From the NCBI GenBank assembly GCA_051294905.1, contig CM119372.1:15936001-16000000 (forward strand): a DNA stretch of 64,000 bases, given 5' to 3'. This document shows, one piece after another, positions 12,610-26,359 of this stretch. The stretch's first letter is position 1; every line of letters starts with the position of its first letter. Both the position numbers and the translations under genes were made by a program. Under the pieces are notes generated by a model. The model did not search any database and was not told the origin of the DNA. It saw nothing but the letters and a program-made list of their open reading frames with translations. The stretch is from Botryllus schlosseri. Lineage: Eukaryota.

Positions 12610-14732
12610 AAGGTTCGCGGTCGCGTTCTGTGTGTGAACCTCAGAAATTAGAGGTTCACGTTCACAAACGAACCTTGCTAGGTTCAGCACTGCGAACCTT
12701 TTTCATATATAACAATTTCCACTTCATTACAACATATTTGGTTGTATTTTATTGCGTTTAAACTGCTAGCCACTATATGCATGGCGCTGGCAGCATGAAA
12801 AATCAACACTAAACTGGCATGCACCTCGTCAATCTCAAAAATTTTACTTGCTTTGTTACCATAAGTTTGCTCGAATATTTGGTGGCTCTCTGCAGTGAGC
12901 TTGACCCGCAATTACACAACATCAACATCGAAATACACTACATGCAGGTAGTCAGCGAATGATGCTTATCAAACCAATTATTGAAATTGATATCGTTGTC
13001 TGATGCAGAAAGCTATCAGGCGTATCTTGATTTCATATGTTTATTGTATCGTAAAAAACAAATCCGTGCGATTGGAGTGATGGCTAGTGCTGTAGCTTGT
13101 TTATGGGGTGATATCGGTAGAAAGTTTAGAAAACCGTTTTACTCTCTGCTCAATATCAATATAGCAATACTCAGACGCCGAATACATTGTCCGGTCTGGC
13201 CTGGACCGTGAAGGCATAAGCTTATATTCCTTTGCAAGTCCTAGTCGAACTTGTTGGTAAAGCGACAGAAGATATTGATTTTATGGGATTATTACATCAT
13301 TTGATATCCCCAGTTGATACATTTGGCCACGTTCAAAACGTCAATATGTAGGCTTCAGCATTGCGGCATTATGTGGCCCGAGTCGTCGCTAAGTATCGTG
13401 TACATCAGTGGTTAGTAACCTTGTCTCGAGCTCCCCCAGGGGCGATTTGGATTTTGAAGGTGTCGGAAATGCTCAGGGGGCGAAATGGGGGGCGCTGGGC
13501 TCAGGGGGGCGTCATGGAGGGCACTGAAGTAAAATGGTCTCGCAGTTGATGGTGTAGTAAGAACAAATGAACATATAGTAGAACAATATTTCTATATATC
13601 CTTGAGTTCTCATTACAAACTAACATTCGACAATCTGTCAAATCAAAACGCTTTTCATTGCGCTCATCGCGACATATCCACCGACGATTTTCCATGAATG
13701 CAGTGGTTTATTTTAATTCATGTAAAATGAATCTGGTGTACTTTTGGATTGTCAATTCCCCGTCAAAACACTCCTGTCACGCTAGTTACTCCAAGTCGTT
13801 TCGACAACTTCCTATCTTTTTATTGTATCGCAGTTTTGCGGTGTTTTGAAATGATGAAAATATTAATACACTGATACTTATACTAATAGCTCGGGCTATT
13901 TTCCACATAATATGTTTCGAACTAGATCTGGTATCCTGCAGTGCACTGCGTGTCGGTATCGAAAAGGCATTGTACTGTACAACTTTTGAGAATGATGCCC
14001 TTTATGCATGAAAGATGTTTTGAAGCTTTTTGGCCAAAATGATTGACCAAGTAGCCTATACTTGTATTTGAGAGCTACGAGATTATATCCTTAAAGTATT
14101 TCTTCATCGTATCATAAAGGATGATACTGCTTAGTGTTGTTACCCCCATTCATGTTACAGTTAACAGCTTGGTGCAGTAGTAAATTTAATGTGAGCAAAG
14201 CCCTACCACATTCTCAGTTGATTTAGTAGTCACACAAAGCAATAAAACAGAACCCAATACAATTATCGTCCCCGTATTGCCAATCGCAGAGGACAGTTCC
14301 GGTCTGTACATCGATCTCGAACCGCAGAAGCTATGAGCCCGTGGGCCTTACCTGATGGTTGATATAACAACCTGGTTTTGATCCCGGAAATAGCACATAA
14401 AATTATACCGTTACTTTGTCGAGTGGTCTAATAATGAGTTCCAACCCGAAACCGGATTCGACCACTTAGCTATTGATTTTTACAACAGTCCTCAAAATAG
14501 GGACGCGCCAGTCCCAGGCAATTTTTGAAATGGGGCGCTGGAGAAAAAAAAAGTTGAGAACCACTGGTGTACAGTAATATAGGCAATCACTTCTTCACTG
14601 AAATGAAGGGTTGGAATTAGCAATCTGACGTTACGTGGCGTCATGAGGTTCATGTTCGCGTTCACACAGAACCTTTCAAAAAGGTTCGCGTTCACACGAA
14701 CCTGAACCTTTCAAAGGTTCACACCATCCCTA
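12610..14732 (+). mobile_element. hAT-type MITE (TAGGGATGGTGTGAAC family), left end eroded
   Basis: Colinear with 61274-63197; ends gttcacaccatcccta; gtgaac/gttcac subterminal motifs. Confidence 0.85.
13406..14566. mobile_element. Nested hAT element carrying a fragment of the unknown family (~14190-14500)
   Basis: TIR cagtggttagtaac/gttgagaaccactg; TSD gtgtacat/gtgtacag; empty site at ~63021; cargo translates TWF..K*HIKLYRYF...HLAIDFYNSPQN. Confidence 0.8.
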
Positions 14733-14759
14733 ATAAGTATGTCCACTGATAAGAAATAC

Positions 14760-15200
14760 CCAAGCGCTACATTGCGCGACCATTGTGATTTTTCTTCCGT
14801 ACTCTTTTACCATTAAATCATACGATAAACAATGTTTTGAGAATATTGTTACTCACACCAGAACAGTTGCGCCAGCGATTAGATTTGTTTTGCTTGATAT
14901 TTAATGCAACAATATCAATATAAATGGCTTGATACATAAGGCTGCCAAGTACCACGATATAATGCCAACAACAACAATACAATAAACAATTGTAGTAGGT
15001 CGTTTGTATTGCATTACTTGAAATGTCATGACATAGGCTGCATATACCGGCAGATACCGCAGTAAATTTAGCAGAAACAAATAATTATCTAGCTTACACT
15101 GACCTATGTTAGTTTGATATTGCATTGGATTTTTTGTTTTAGCTTTTAAATATACAAACAATTTTAAAATCGTGCATAGTTAATGTATATAAATATTCAA
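14760..15200 (-). pseudogene. Decayed copy of unknown family
   Basis: GQCKLDNYLFLLNLLRY resembles SACNVD*YTYRIEIICRY at ~37815-37870. Confidence 0.35.
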
Positions 15201-15288
15201 AGTATGTTCACTATTGAAATTATTGATTGACTAATATCGATTTCACTATATTTTACAAACTTTGCAAATACTATTATTAATATGATAC

Positions 15289-15573
15289 GTGGCCAGTTAG
15301 CGCAGTGGTATAATCCGCGGCTGCAACACCAATGGGTGCGGATTCGAGTCCGACCGAGGTCGAATTCCGAATTCCGATACTTACGTGTTGGAGGTTTACC
15401 TAGGCTCCTCCTCGCCACCTCATCCGCGTCAGCGGTGTGTTACAAAAGCCTAGAGGTGGGTCGTGCTATAAGTCGGCAGTTACGGAAAAATAAGAAGAAT
15501 ATATATCGGCCTGGTGTAAATGACTATAGTAGTCGACAAATACCATGAATACCCCAAAACAAACAAACAAACC
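15289..15573 (+). mobile_element. Full-length tRNA-derived SINE (family A)
   Basis: Head gtggccagttagcgcagtggt..ctgcaac..gattcgagtcc; (CAAA)n tail; TSD aatatgatac. Confidence 0.95.
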
Positions 15574-15651
15574 AATATGATACGAAATAATTTGAAGTGC
15601 ATTTGGAAGTACAATCAGGAGATCAATACGACCGAGACACATAGGTAAAAT

Positions 15652-16013
15652 TATTATTATTATTAATGGCACATTTACAGTGGCGCTTATCGCCTTTTTC
15701 AGGCTTTGTGCGCCACGACACGAAAATTTGTAATGTTCATAATTCTTTGCCTTTCGTATTGTTGAGGACGACTTTCACTCTTTCTCTCACTCAGACGGTC
15801 TCTCTCGCTCCCATGCGTCCCCATCGTTGTCATTGCTACCGACTTCTAGCACGGCTCAATCTGGGCATATCAATGCACTGCAACTGCAGTGAGGTCGGCG
15901 ATGAGGAGCCCAGAGAAACCTCCGACACATAGAAGTTGGTCCAAACCGGGATTCCGACCACTGCCATTGGTGTCGTGACGCTGGTGCTTAACCAACTGCG
16001 CCACTCGCTTCCC
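15652..16013 (-). mobile_element. Full-length sister SINE (family B) with different head and (TAA)n tail
   Basis: 14-bp TSD cacataggtaaaat; tRNA-like head gtggcgcagttggttaagc; central domain shared with family A. Confidence 0.85.
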
Positions 16014-16139
16014 CACATAGGTAAAATGGTATTCTAAGTATGGCACACAAAATTGAGTTTCCATGCATTTGTACATTTTAAAGCAAAACCAACAATAGCA
16101 GGCAATACTAAAAGGGTGAATATATTTAACACGCTTCTT

Positions 16140-16700
16140 TACAGTTAGGCACCTTTCCAACGAATCTTTGCAGCACTATTGAGGGCAGCCAATATCTCAG
16201 TCGATCTGTTGGCAGTTACGCACGGTGCAATCAGTTCCTACAAACCGTGAAAATAATTTCAGCGACGGAGAATATTGGTAAATGATATCATTTGATTAAC
16301 TAATTACTACTAAAGTCTCACATTATTCGGAGGTGGCATAACATTGCCATATCAGGTTTACATTTTGACGGCAGTCAATCGGAACAATCGGACAATCGGA
16401 AATGTGGATGGCTATATTTGGAATTTGAGCTTGTGATTGGGAACGTCCAAGGGAGTTCATTTCTTGCCATGCCTTTCCAAGTCCCGAGTTCCTACACTTC
16501 CTAGATACGTCGCTGTCATGCCATGACATGAGCATTTTAAGCTACCACATATACAGGGATTCTGATCGTCCGGAAAATTTACAAAACGGTTGCAACTATA
16601 CCGATTATTCATATTAGGATTGAAAATTTGGATTGAAAATTTACCAGAGACCAATATCTAACTAACTAAAATTATATGCTCCTGGGCACTATAAGTTAAT
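16140..16700 (-). pseudogene. Decayed copy of unknown family
   Basis: MTATYLGSVG / IAIHISDCPIVPI / NLIWQCYATSE*CETLVVIS occur in the same order as in other copies. Confidence 0.45.
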
Positions 16701-16789
16701 CATCAGCGAAAATCACAGCAGCGAAATATTCAGGAAAACCATCGGCGAGAATTATGGTTTCTGTACTATTTTGAACCGTGAAAGGCTGC

Positions 16790-17610
16790 AAACCCAGCTT
16801 GGCTGTATCGCAGGATACGAAACATGTAGCACAAAGCTACCTTAATGGAAATGGCGGCATGTATATGAAGTCGTAATTAACCCACATCATTTTCACAAAG
16901 TTCAATAATGAAATACAAAGTTGTCTATTTTAATGTGGTGTAGAATGGTCAATGTTATTTGTGGTCGCATAAAGTGTACATGCTTGATCTTTCCATGCCA
17001 TTTACACAAAGCTGAATACTCGACCCGAGTCGGGTGCACCCTGGTAATCGATTTCGCCCTGCCCTAATGTCGAGTCAAATCGGAAGCAAGAATAACATTA
17101 GCAACTTCATTGAACGTATCAAGATTGTCGTTAATGATCTCAGGAATGGTTTGTGAATGAATAATTAAGTCTGGTTTATGTACAGTGCACATGGTTTTCC
17201 AATATTAAACCAGATGCACGCATCTCTCCAGAAACTAAAACGGCAACAAAAACCAATACAATCGCCGCGGTGGAATTAAATCATCTATGTAAACCTGAAT
17301 CAAACCCTGTCGATTTAGGATGGTTATGCGTCATTCGGCGTAATGTATACTCTCGATCACACGAACCCCGACAAGCTTCTTCGCATATGTTGCCTATTTC
17401 TTCATTAGCAATACGAAGTGAATAAGTATGTTAGAAGAGGTTTTCCTACCGTACGTACCATAGCTTATGTATAGTTGCAAATCCTAACATCCATCGAACA
17501 GCTATGCAGTCCTACTCATTATGATGATGTCATTGGTTTATTTCCTAATCACCAGCCTCGAAAGTACACTAATCCAGATGAACATGATGTTATCATCATA
17601 AAATATGAAT
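16790..17610 (+). pseudogene. Decayed copy of unknown family
   Basis: DTKHVAQSYLNGNGG ... WN*IIYVNLNQTLSI*DGYASFGVMYTLDHTNP; DNA similarity of 16810-16900 to 40150-40235. Confidence 0.5.
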
Positions 17611-18070
17611 AAGCAATTCAGCACCTATAAGTATTCTGATGTTAAGTTTGAATTATTTACCTAATTTGTTTTCCGTGCTACTTAGTTGGCGACAATATTG
17701 TCTTATACTAATATCAACTCGGCCGGCTCGGCAATTTAATTATAGACCTGTATAGCCTACCTGATTGCTGTTGAGTGGGTGACGGCAAATTAAAAAAAAA
17801 AACTCTACAACGTAAAGTCCACGTAAGCGCGATAAAGTATAGACGAAGAAGTTATATATACCTCGATTAAAAGGAGACATTTTCTCACCAGGCAATTATT
17901 TGGGTTGAGGGTTTGGAACGGTTCGTTAGGAAATAATATCGTAATGCTTGGGGCATATATCACTTGTGATGTAGTATAAGGAGTAGAGGGCCGTATCATA
18001 TATGCTATATAGTTCTAACCAAATGTATATTTTTATTGGGTGCAATAAATTGAAAATTTAAAGATTCTAA

Positions 18071-18340
18071 TTGTTTTGGTGTTCATGGTGTTTCTATTAC
18101 TATTGTCATTTTACACCAGACCGGTACTCCTTATTATGATTCCAGATGCACCAACTTCTAGCACGGCCCACTTTCATGCTAGGCATTTGTAAGACACCGT
18201 TTACCCGGATCATATGGCGAGTATATGAGCTTAGATAAACCGGCAATACTTCGGTTGTAATTCTGGAGTCGACCTTGGTCGGACTTGGATTCGCAACCAT
18301 TGGTGTTGCAGCTGTGGAACGTACCATGTTATCTCGCGAC
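18071..18340 (-). mobile_element. tRNA-derived SINE A, older full-length copy
   Basis: Aligns end to end with the reverse complement of 15289-15573. Confidence 0.85.
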
Positions 18341-19226
18341 TTTTAAATATAATGTCCAGAGAATAACAATATTCGGAACCTTACCAGTTACTCGGACATG
18401 TGGTACTATGTACACCAGGGTCACTATTATTCGCATTCCAGCACCGCGAGGTCTTTTAAGTGGCCATGGAGATGACATGCAAATACATTGCCATCCCACA
18501 AAAAAGAAGTTATACTATAACCCGTCCGACAATACATTTTGTGTCGCAATGTATTTGTCATTGACTACGGCGAATACAATGTAATAGCTAGAAGCGCATT
18601 GTTTCTACACTTGGAATGGGACTTCCTGATCTCATTTTTGACACATCTACTTCAATATTCGAGAAGCAGTCCTTAATATTCAGCTTTCATGGTCTCTGCG
18701 TGGCCGCGAAGTATCGTATTTCGCTTTCGTAATCGTGTTTAAAAGTACATTTGAAATAATTACCTGCTCCACACTACAGGGAGGTAGGCTATTATGACAC
18801 CAATCTCATTCCAAATTTTTCTAACATGTTCGCAAAAGATGTATATCCTATATTTATGAATGCATCAAGGGATGTCGCAAAATAGTTGTTTTTCGGAAGC
18901 AGGTATCAATGCAATGATAGCAGATATCAATGATTACACTTTATTCCGATGAAGTAAGAGTATAGCTCTTATTTCCTGTTCCTTCGTTTCATGTGCTTTC
19001 ATGGGGTGGGTTAAAAGAGAATAATTGTAATTTTATCAACTACATTTTAGGAAATTACAGTGTTATATATTAAACATTGTTCAGATCGTTCAGAGTCGCA
19101 CGCCGCAATGCAGTCGTCCGTCACACTGTTTGTGTGTGTTTTGCTTTCACTTGAGCTCATAACTCGATCTGCGGGCTCAGTTGATGTGTCGACTCATTCA
19201 AGTGAGTACCGAATTTCATCAATTGG

Positions 19227-20020
19227 ATGTCAAGCATGAGGTATTACATACCGATATATGTCAGATCAAACGGAAGGACGTTTTACGACCTATTTATACT
19301 TTTAAGTGTATTGTTTAATACGTTATATTTCTATGGAATGTTGATGTTCTATAACGTTAACTTACCTCTGCCCGTGGCGCAAAAAGTCTTTAGATGTGGT
19401 AAGCCTCACTCATCACGCTCTTTGTATCTATAACAATAACCATGGATATCAGAACTAAACAACCAACATCCTACATACGATATTTAGGATCTTAAGATTC
19501 CAACGATTATGAAATGTTATGTGGAGCATTGTAGTTATATGTATTTCGTAAAGTCCATGCAGTTTGCGACACCTTTCCAGAGTCCATATCCATATCGTGC
19601 TGACTATTCTAGGGATTTTGGGTAATTATTGGTTACATGGCTACTTGATGCATTTCAGTAATTTTATCCAATGTTTTTAGAGAGCAGAAAATTTTGAAAA
19701 ATATGGAAAATCGGCCATATCTTTAATAATTAACTGTTAACTTATTTCAAAATAGAAAGTATATTAGATTGGTGATTTGTTTGATCTTATTTCATATAAA
19801 AAAATATGGCGCCATGATGCCAGTGTGAAATTCGTAATGATTTACAGAAGACCCGCGGGTGAATTACAAAAAACATGGGCAACAATTGATTTTACACCGC
19901 GTCAAACTTCAATCTCCGATTGCATGTCCAACACCCACGTCAAGTATTTTCAACACACGCCATCTTGACAGTTCGACAGCTGTATATGGAAAATAATAGC
20001 AATAGATATAGATGGAATAT
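19227..20020 (+). pseudogene. Decayed copy of unknown family, nearly full unit
   Basis: Hydrophobic N-terminus GRTFYDLFILLSVLFNTLYFYG; RKVHAVCDTFPE; IWRHDASVKF..PAG..WATIDFTPRQTSIS. Confidence 0.55.
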
Positions 20021-20231
20021 TATATACCAGATGATATTTGTTTTAATAAAATATTTTGAATTGAATTTTTTTTCGTTCCCAGCGATGATGGCGATTCGTT
20101 TGATTTCCAAGCGATGTTATATGACTTTTTGCTTGGCGGGAAAAAAAATGTTGAACTGCAAAGCTGTACGATCGAAATCAAGGCGACGAAGTGAGAACAC
20201 AAATTTCTTTTAAGATTCTCATATTATAGAC

Positions 20232-21332
20232 TAGGGTTGCCATATTTTTGTGTAGCAAATTCCGGACACTCTTTAGCGCCTCCTAGCGGATTTTAAAATG
20301 AGGTGAAACACATTGGCCGTCAATATGACGTCACACTATCAAAGCATTGCCCATCGACTGTATACACAATACAGGAATGAAGTGGAACATAGGTCATGAA
20401 TTGGGCAATCTGTAATGTGAGCTCTGGTGATTGCTACTTGCTAGGGTTAGCAATAGATTCCTCTACGGGCCGGATGAAATCATCTGGCGGGCCGTGTCTG
20501 CCCTGTCAGGATTGTGTATGACAGCCCTGCTATGCAGTTACGTCGGTGCGGCTTTCTGTTTATGTGCTTTAATCAGGTCCGAAACAACATCCCCCCCCCC
20601 AAAGCACTGATCTTGGGCCCACCATAGGGTAGTCGATGTAACTTGTTGGGCATTTACTATATGCTGTTATATTTTATGTATGAATTCTGTCAATAATATT
20701 GATTCTTCGATATATTAGGCTGCTCTAAAATGCACCAGCAGGTTGCACATCCGGTGATTTCCAACCTCTTATTTATACTCGCGACCTCATTTCCCACTTG
20801 AAAATGTTCCGTGGCAAAGCTCAAAACTTGATAAGCTGATTACTAAAAAAATTCAGCTTGCCCAAACTTACACACGGCATAGGAAGCTGATTACGTTCAA
20901 CATCATCGCGATCTCCAGATAAAGGCGGGCGACCCCACAAGATTTGGAGCCACTCTATGTGATTGAAGCATCTAATCGGCCTTAACCAACTCTAGGAATA
21001 TACTTATAATTGCGATTACAATCAGACTTATTTCAGTAAATGATGGTTATTCATATTTATTTTGATTGCATTTTTGGCGAGGGTGGTGCCTGAAGCCCAT
21101 ACTAATATCCTCATACGTTGCAAACTCGCGCGCGGCGCGAAGAACAATTTTGAATAGCATAAACCTGCTTGAAAATAATATTGTTTATGTTGATTTACGA
21201 AAAACTTTTGAGCCTGCTTCAAGCCTTCAAAATTCCGGACATTTAGGTATATTTTAGAAATTCCTCCCGGACGCAGATTTTTCAGTGAAATTCCGGACAT
21301 GTCCGGGAAATTCCGGACGTATGGCAACCCTA
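20232..21332. mobile_element. hAT-type non-autonomous element (TAGGGTTGCCA)
   Basis: TIR tagggttgccata/tatggcaacccta; perfect TSD ttatagac; tccggac subterminal repeats. Confidence 0.9.
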
Positions 21333-21961
21333 TTATAGACACATTTTCATGGCATTTGGATGGGCTTCATTGCCGTCTCGTCGAACCGACTCACCAGTTT
21401 TCGACAAAGAGTAAATAACAATTTGCTTCAAATCATCTTGAGCTATAATCCAGAAGTCACCAACATTTTTGAAACCAAGAGCTACTTCTTGGGTACTGAT
21501 TAATGCGGCGGGCTACCAGATACTCCCGTCGTTTATACGTGCTCAGTTGGATTTCTTCACTTGTGCAATCAGAACACTGGGTAGGGTTTCCACCCCTTAC
21601 CAAGAACAGAAAACTCTCACTCTCCGTGAATAACGCTTGCATCTCCGGGCTCAATTGCGTTGCTGTACTGCAATATCAACTAGATTGTCGTTAAGCCTCC
21701 TTGTCGGCGAAGACGAGAAACGCCCGGGAAGAAACCGCGTTCGTATGTTCCTTAGGGTTGAATGACCCATGTTCAACTGCTGCTCATATGAAACGCTTCT
21801 CCGCTTCGACTTCCAAATCTGTCATTTGAGTATTTGCTACTGCGATCGCTGCCACTCATTTGGATCTCGCGGGCTACTGGTAGCCCGCGGGCACCGCTTC
21901 GGTGACCTCTGCTTCAGTCCGCTCTACAGTGTTGCTTGGAGACGGCTTGAACTGTACCGGT

Positions 21962-22700
21962 CAGTGTTGGGATCAAGTCTCTACATTGGAGTCACAAGTC
22001 ATTTTTACTCTAGTCAATACAAGAAAAGTCACTCGAAGTTTGAAGGTGACTCCAGTCAAGTCAAGTCACTTTCATTTCGGAAGTGACGCGAGTCAAGTCA
22101 AGTCAGGTCTATGGTCGAATTTTGAAAGTACGAGACATTTTACAAGACATTGCATTTTTCAAGGTGATAGAAGTGCAGATTGGCTTGCTACTAATTCTAA
22201 ATCGTGAAGTGAATATCGAGTTGATTATGCCGTCAAATGGGCGTTGTATGCCTCTCACATACGTTCGACTGCTAAACTACCTCGGTAATTGTCAGCCAAA
22301 TAGATGATGGAATAGTAAAGCTCGGAAACAACCCAATCCACTTGCGCGTGTCGATCATCGTTGGAGTGAATGAAATCAGGGCTTGACTCGAGTTTCTTCG
22401 CCAGAATTACATTAGTTGACTTTCCCACGTTCCTACGCGCAAGCATCATTTGGAATGAAATGTTGTTTTTGAATTAAACCGTAGTGTAAGTCTGAAGTTG
22501 TTTCTGGTTTGGTGTAACGCGGGAGCAAATTCACTCCCGTAATCCATGTGATACGGGGGGTTAATATACACATTTTTGTAACTAAAAGCACGTCACCCGG
22601 AACAAACTTGACGAGCCAATTTCAAGTCATCAAGTAGGCCTAATCGGCGTCGAATAAATCGCTATATCTTGTACATGCTCGGATTAGTCGTCATATTAAG
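21962..22700 (+). mobile_element. GACTCGAGTC/GTCAA-rich MITE remnants
   Basis: cagtgttgggatcaagtc terminus and (gtcaa)n; 22610-22690 matches 27550-27615 and 63950-64000. Confidence 0.65.
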
Positions 22701-22814
22701 GTGTGGTCTGCGAGAGTAATTAGTCATGCGATGATTGTGCTTTGCCGGTTGCCGGTGACACGTTAGTGTGAACTCGATTCGAGAGTTCAATTGCAAATTT
22801 CTAACCGTGTAGTG

Positions 22815-24362
22815 TAGGGGTGTCAAACTCAACATGCGTCAGGGACCGGATTCAAACCTTCAAATCGTTCGCAAGCCGGACAAGCCAAATTATTCCAAAA
22901 GGTTACCTTACAATCCATTCCATTGTTTTTCACTTGAATACTTTGTTATTACGCCTGGATTCTATTCTAGTAATAACACCTTTATTCGCAACAATGGAAT
23001 TGGCAAAAAATACGATGATTGGCCGGTTGAATACAGTTACAAACCGCTAAAACGACGATATAAGATGGCATGTTTCTATATTCTCTTTGTTCAGTCGTAA
23101 TCTGGCGTTAGCCCTGCTGGGTATGCGTTGTGAGCAATATGAACGCGGACGCTGCAATTTGGTCCATCAGTATTATATCGCGATTCGGACAGACATGCAT
23201 ACCATATTTTTGTGGGTATTTCATTATCCATGGTAACCTTTATATAACGGTGCGGGAATGGGGTTTTCGCTTCTGTAGAGAACTAAACTTTTCGGTCCAA
23301 TTTTTCATAAGCCTGCTTATTCATCGCAAATGCGTGTCAGGAAGCCTGGTATTCTAACCATGATGTCTATAGATGGAATATACTGGAGACCGACCGATTA
23401 TAGGTTCGCCGATAATATCGAGACGATATCACACTTTGAAAGAATTATCGGTATCGGCCATTGAAGCTGAAAAATCATCGGCAATTTTCGTGGCGTCACA
23501 ACATGGCGGTAGGAAGTCAAATAACTATAATATTTGACCGCTATACTGAGAATATTGATATATATCACATAGCTTACACTTAACATGTGTCTAGATGTAG
23601 CCTTTCTAGTTTATTTCATGTTCAAGTACAACCATAACCATATGGCTGTAAAGATGTTCAAATAAATGCTCTGAAGCTTTGAAAATGTGCTAATGTACAT
23701 CAAACTTCTTTTGAATATCCGCTGAATGTATTGGAGTTCTCGGTCAAGGTGTGAGATATCGGTTTTATCGGTATCGACTCAAAAATTCAATATTGGTCGG
23801 GCTCTAAAATATACCAAAGATTATTTGCTGCTATCTTTGCGCTTGAATGTCCTGCAGCGATAAAGTGCCGTAAAATCTTAATGGAAGTCGGATATGTCCG
23901 TTGTAGATGTCCCTGGCACTAACATAATAACAGAAAGGGAAGTGAAATTGATGGATCAAATTTACCAGAAGTGCAAAGAGACATAATATATATGAAGATT
24001 AAATTTGTAGCAAAGAATGCCTTTGAATTGTAAATTTTTCCTATATTTGGACCAGTATGTCGAAAATTGAAGTTAGTTTGTGCTGGATATTTTTTTCGAT
24101 TTGAACAAAATGATTACAATTTTAATAATTTATACCAAAATGTTCATTAATTTCAGCTACAGGTGAATTTTTTTTTCAAGTCATAACCCTAATGAACATA
24201 CTCGACATTATAGTTGCCGTCGGGGATTGTTTAATGAAAGTATTTCTTACTAAACATTTTTTTAGAAATGTGCTGGATAATACAAGCATCTTCCCAATTT
24301 GCTCATAATCGCTTCGCGGGCCGGATGAAATCGTCTGACGGGTCGTATGTTTGACACCCCTG
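22815..24362. mobile_element. hAT element (family of 44226-44579) with unknown-family cargo and nested MITE
   Basis: TIR taggggtgtcaaac/gtttgacacccctg; TSD gtgtagtg/ctgtagtg; minus-strand cargo W*I*SINF..IMLVPGTSTTDISDFH*DFTALY. Confidence 0.8.
23384..23806. mobile_element. Nested hAT MITE (ccgat/atcgg repeats)
   Basis: TIR tggagaccgaccgat/attggtcgggctcta; TSD gaatatac/aaatatac. Confidence 0.8.
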
Positions 24363-24559
24363 CTGTAGTGCCATTTTCTTGCGTGAACTATTAGGAAAGA
24401 AACAACGCGAAAACAATACACACATTGTTAATACGCAATAAAACCCATCAACTTATAATCAGGTTAAACCTCTCTAGCAATATGGCGAAACACATATGCA
24501 ATCGATAAAGAGCCGCAATAAAAGGCTGAAAGAGCCGCAGTTTTCCGACTTCTGCACTA

Positions 24560-24960
24560 GAAGTTCGCAGCCTTGCAGACAGTCGATGCCTTATATTTTT
24601 GCAGCCATAAGCTCGGAAATGGATACTGTGGAATCATGTCATATAGTTTGTGTACTTTATAGAAAATATGAAATTGAAATATTTACCAATTGTGTAATCT
24701 CAACAGTTTGTTCCATCTGCTCCCTCGTCTTCTGTACAAGAACGCACGTCAATTCTCCGTTTGCTTGGATGCGTTATGGATGATCTTCACCATATTAAAG
24801 TGCTGTCGGATCACATCTATATCAAGAAATGAATAATGATATCTCAAACAAAGAGCTAATAAATCGGGACAGCTAAAATACGAATATATCGCTTGGACCA
24901 GCAAATGAGCAAGACAGTATACAGCAGGAATATTTTATCAAACGCTAAGGATTTAAAAAC
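24560..24960 (-). pseudogene. Decayed copy of unknown family (N-terminal half)
   Basis: FKSLAFDKIFLL..THPSKRRIDVRSCTEDEG..KVHKLYDMIPQYPF; DNA paralog of 2950-3310. Confidence 0.6.
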
Positions 24961-26359
24961 TCGTAATTTGATGTACCTTTGATACTGTTTTCGTTATATT
25001 CGCACGACTCGAACCAAGTCATATGACTCGAGACTCACACCGACATTTCATTGTAATTTTGAAGAATAGTAAAGTAGCCACACTATTGGGATTTCGTCGA
25101 TTGGTACTGGTACTTGAAAATGCGACCATAAACTGCTAAAAGTGAGGAAAATTTGTATATTATAAATGCAAACAATTCGATATCACCAAACAGAGTTATA
25201 AAAAGTGGGTTGAACAAGACTTTAACAGGAAACTGAGCAGTCAACATGATGGCTTGGACTAGGACTCAAGTTATAATACCATGATTCGGGCTCAGCCCTC
25301 TGATCCCTGACTTGGACTCGGACTTGACAATCGCTGGTGAATTGAAAATGACTCGACTTGACTCGAGTCAAAACTATAAAAGTGAGATTGACTTGTGATT
25401 CGGAGCCTTGTGACTTGGTTACAAACATGACATCTAAGACAGTCCTGTAATATCAAAACATCTTAATTCAACTAGCTAGCCACAAGCATTTATTAAAGGA
25501 ATTATGACTTACTTTGCACCATGTTTGCATACAATATGCAACAACGGTCTACTCAATTTTATAAATAAATCATGTGACAATTTGGACTGGAGAAGTGGAC
25601 ATCATGTTATCTGTTTTTACATCAGTCAGTGAAAAGCCTGGCATTGCATTCTAACAACTAGTACACTCGGAGGTGGTCAGTAACGAACTACTTCTACTTT
25701 ATCGAAGTACTCAAGTAGTTTACCTGTACCTCTGGTACTTACTCAAGTAGATCTGATTTTTTCTACTTCTACTTCTACTTCGTGATATTTTGCGATCTAC
25801 TTACTTACTTTTCGCTATTTTCAGTTTGTCAGGTAGAAGTAGTTTAATCCCCCAATACGAAAGATAGCCCGAGAAATTTCGGGGCTGGCTTCACGGAGTA
25901 CCAACATTTAATATTCATAAAAGTCAAAAGTAAAGCACAAAAATTTTGTTGCGCTTGGCGCACAGTAATGGAGTGACAAACATGTTTTCACGAAAGTATC
26001 AGTGAATATAAGTCAGGTAACGGATGGCTTGGTTCCGCTCACACCGCATTTGCCACCCATATCAAAAATTTCATCACAGTAAATATGGCCCACCATGACG
26101 TTTGAAATTATACCTACCTAAGCAATTACCTATCATATCGTAATCTAGCAGCCCATTACGTGTCTCGCAAATCTGGAAAATCCAGCTTTTTTGTACGTTA
26201 CGCCTGTTTTAGAAGATCACCTTAGAAGCTTTAAGGACAAAGACATGAAATATATTTTCGCTTTTTAGAAGTGGTATTTGTATTTCACTTTCAATTGCGA
26301 GTTCTAATTACTTTCAGTTCTTTTGTCTGCAGAACACATACACATTGAAGCATAAAAGC

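Noticed and set aside
15289..15365. tRNA gene
   Set aside because: No proper acceptor stem or terminator; continues into the SINE body and tail with TSDs
15197..15672. Recurrent 60-90 aa ORFs (WYNPRLQHQWVR, FVDYYSHLHQADI)
   Set aside because: Translations of SINE copies, not a protein family
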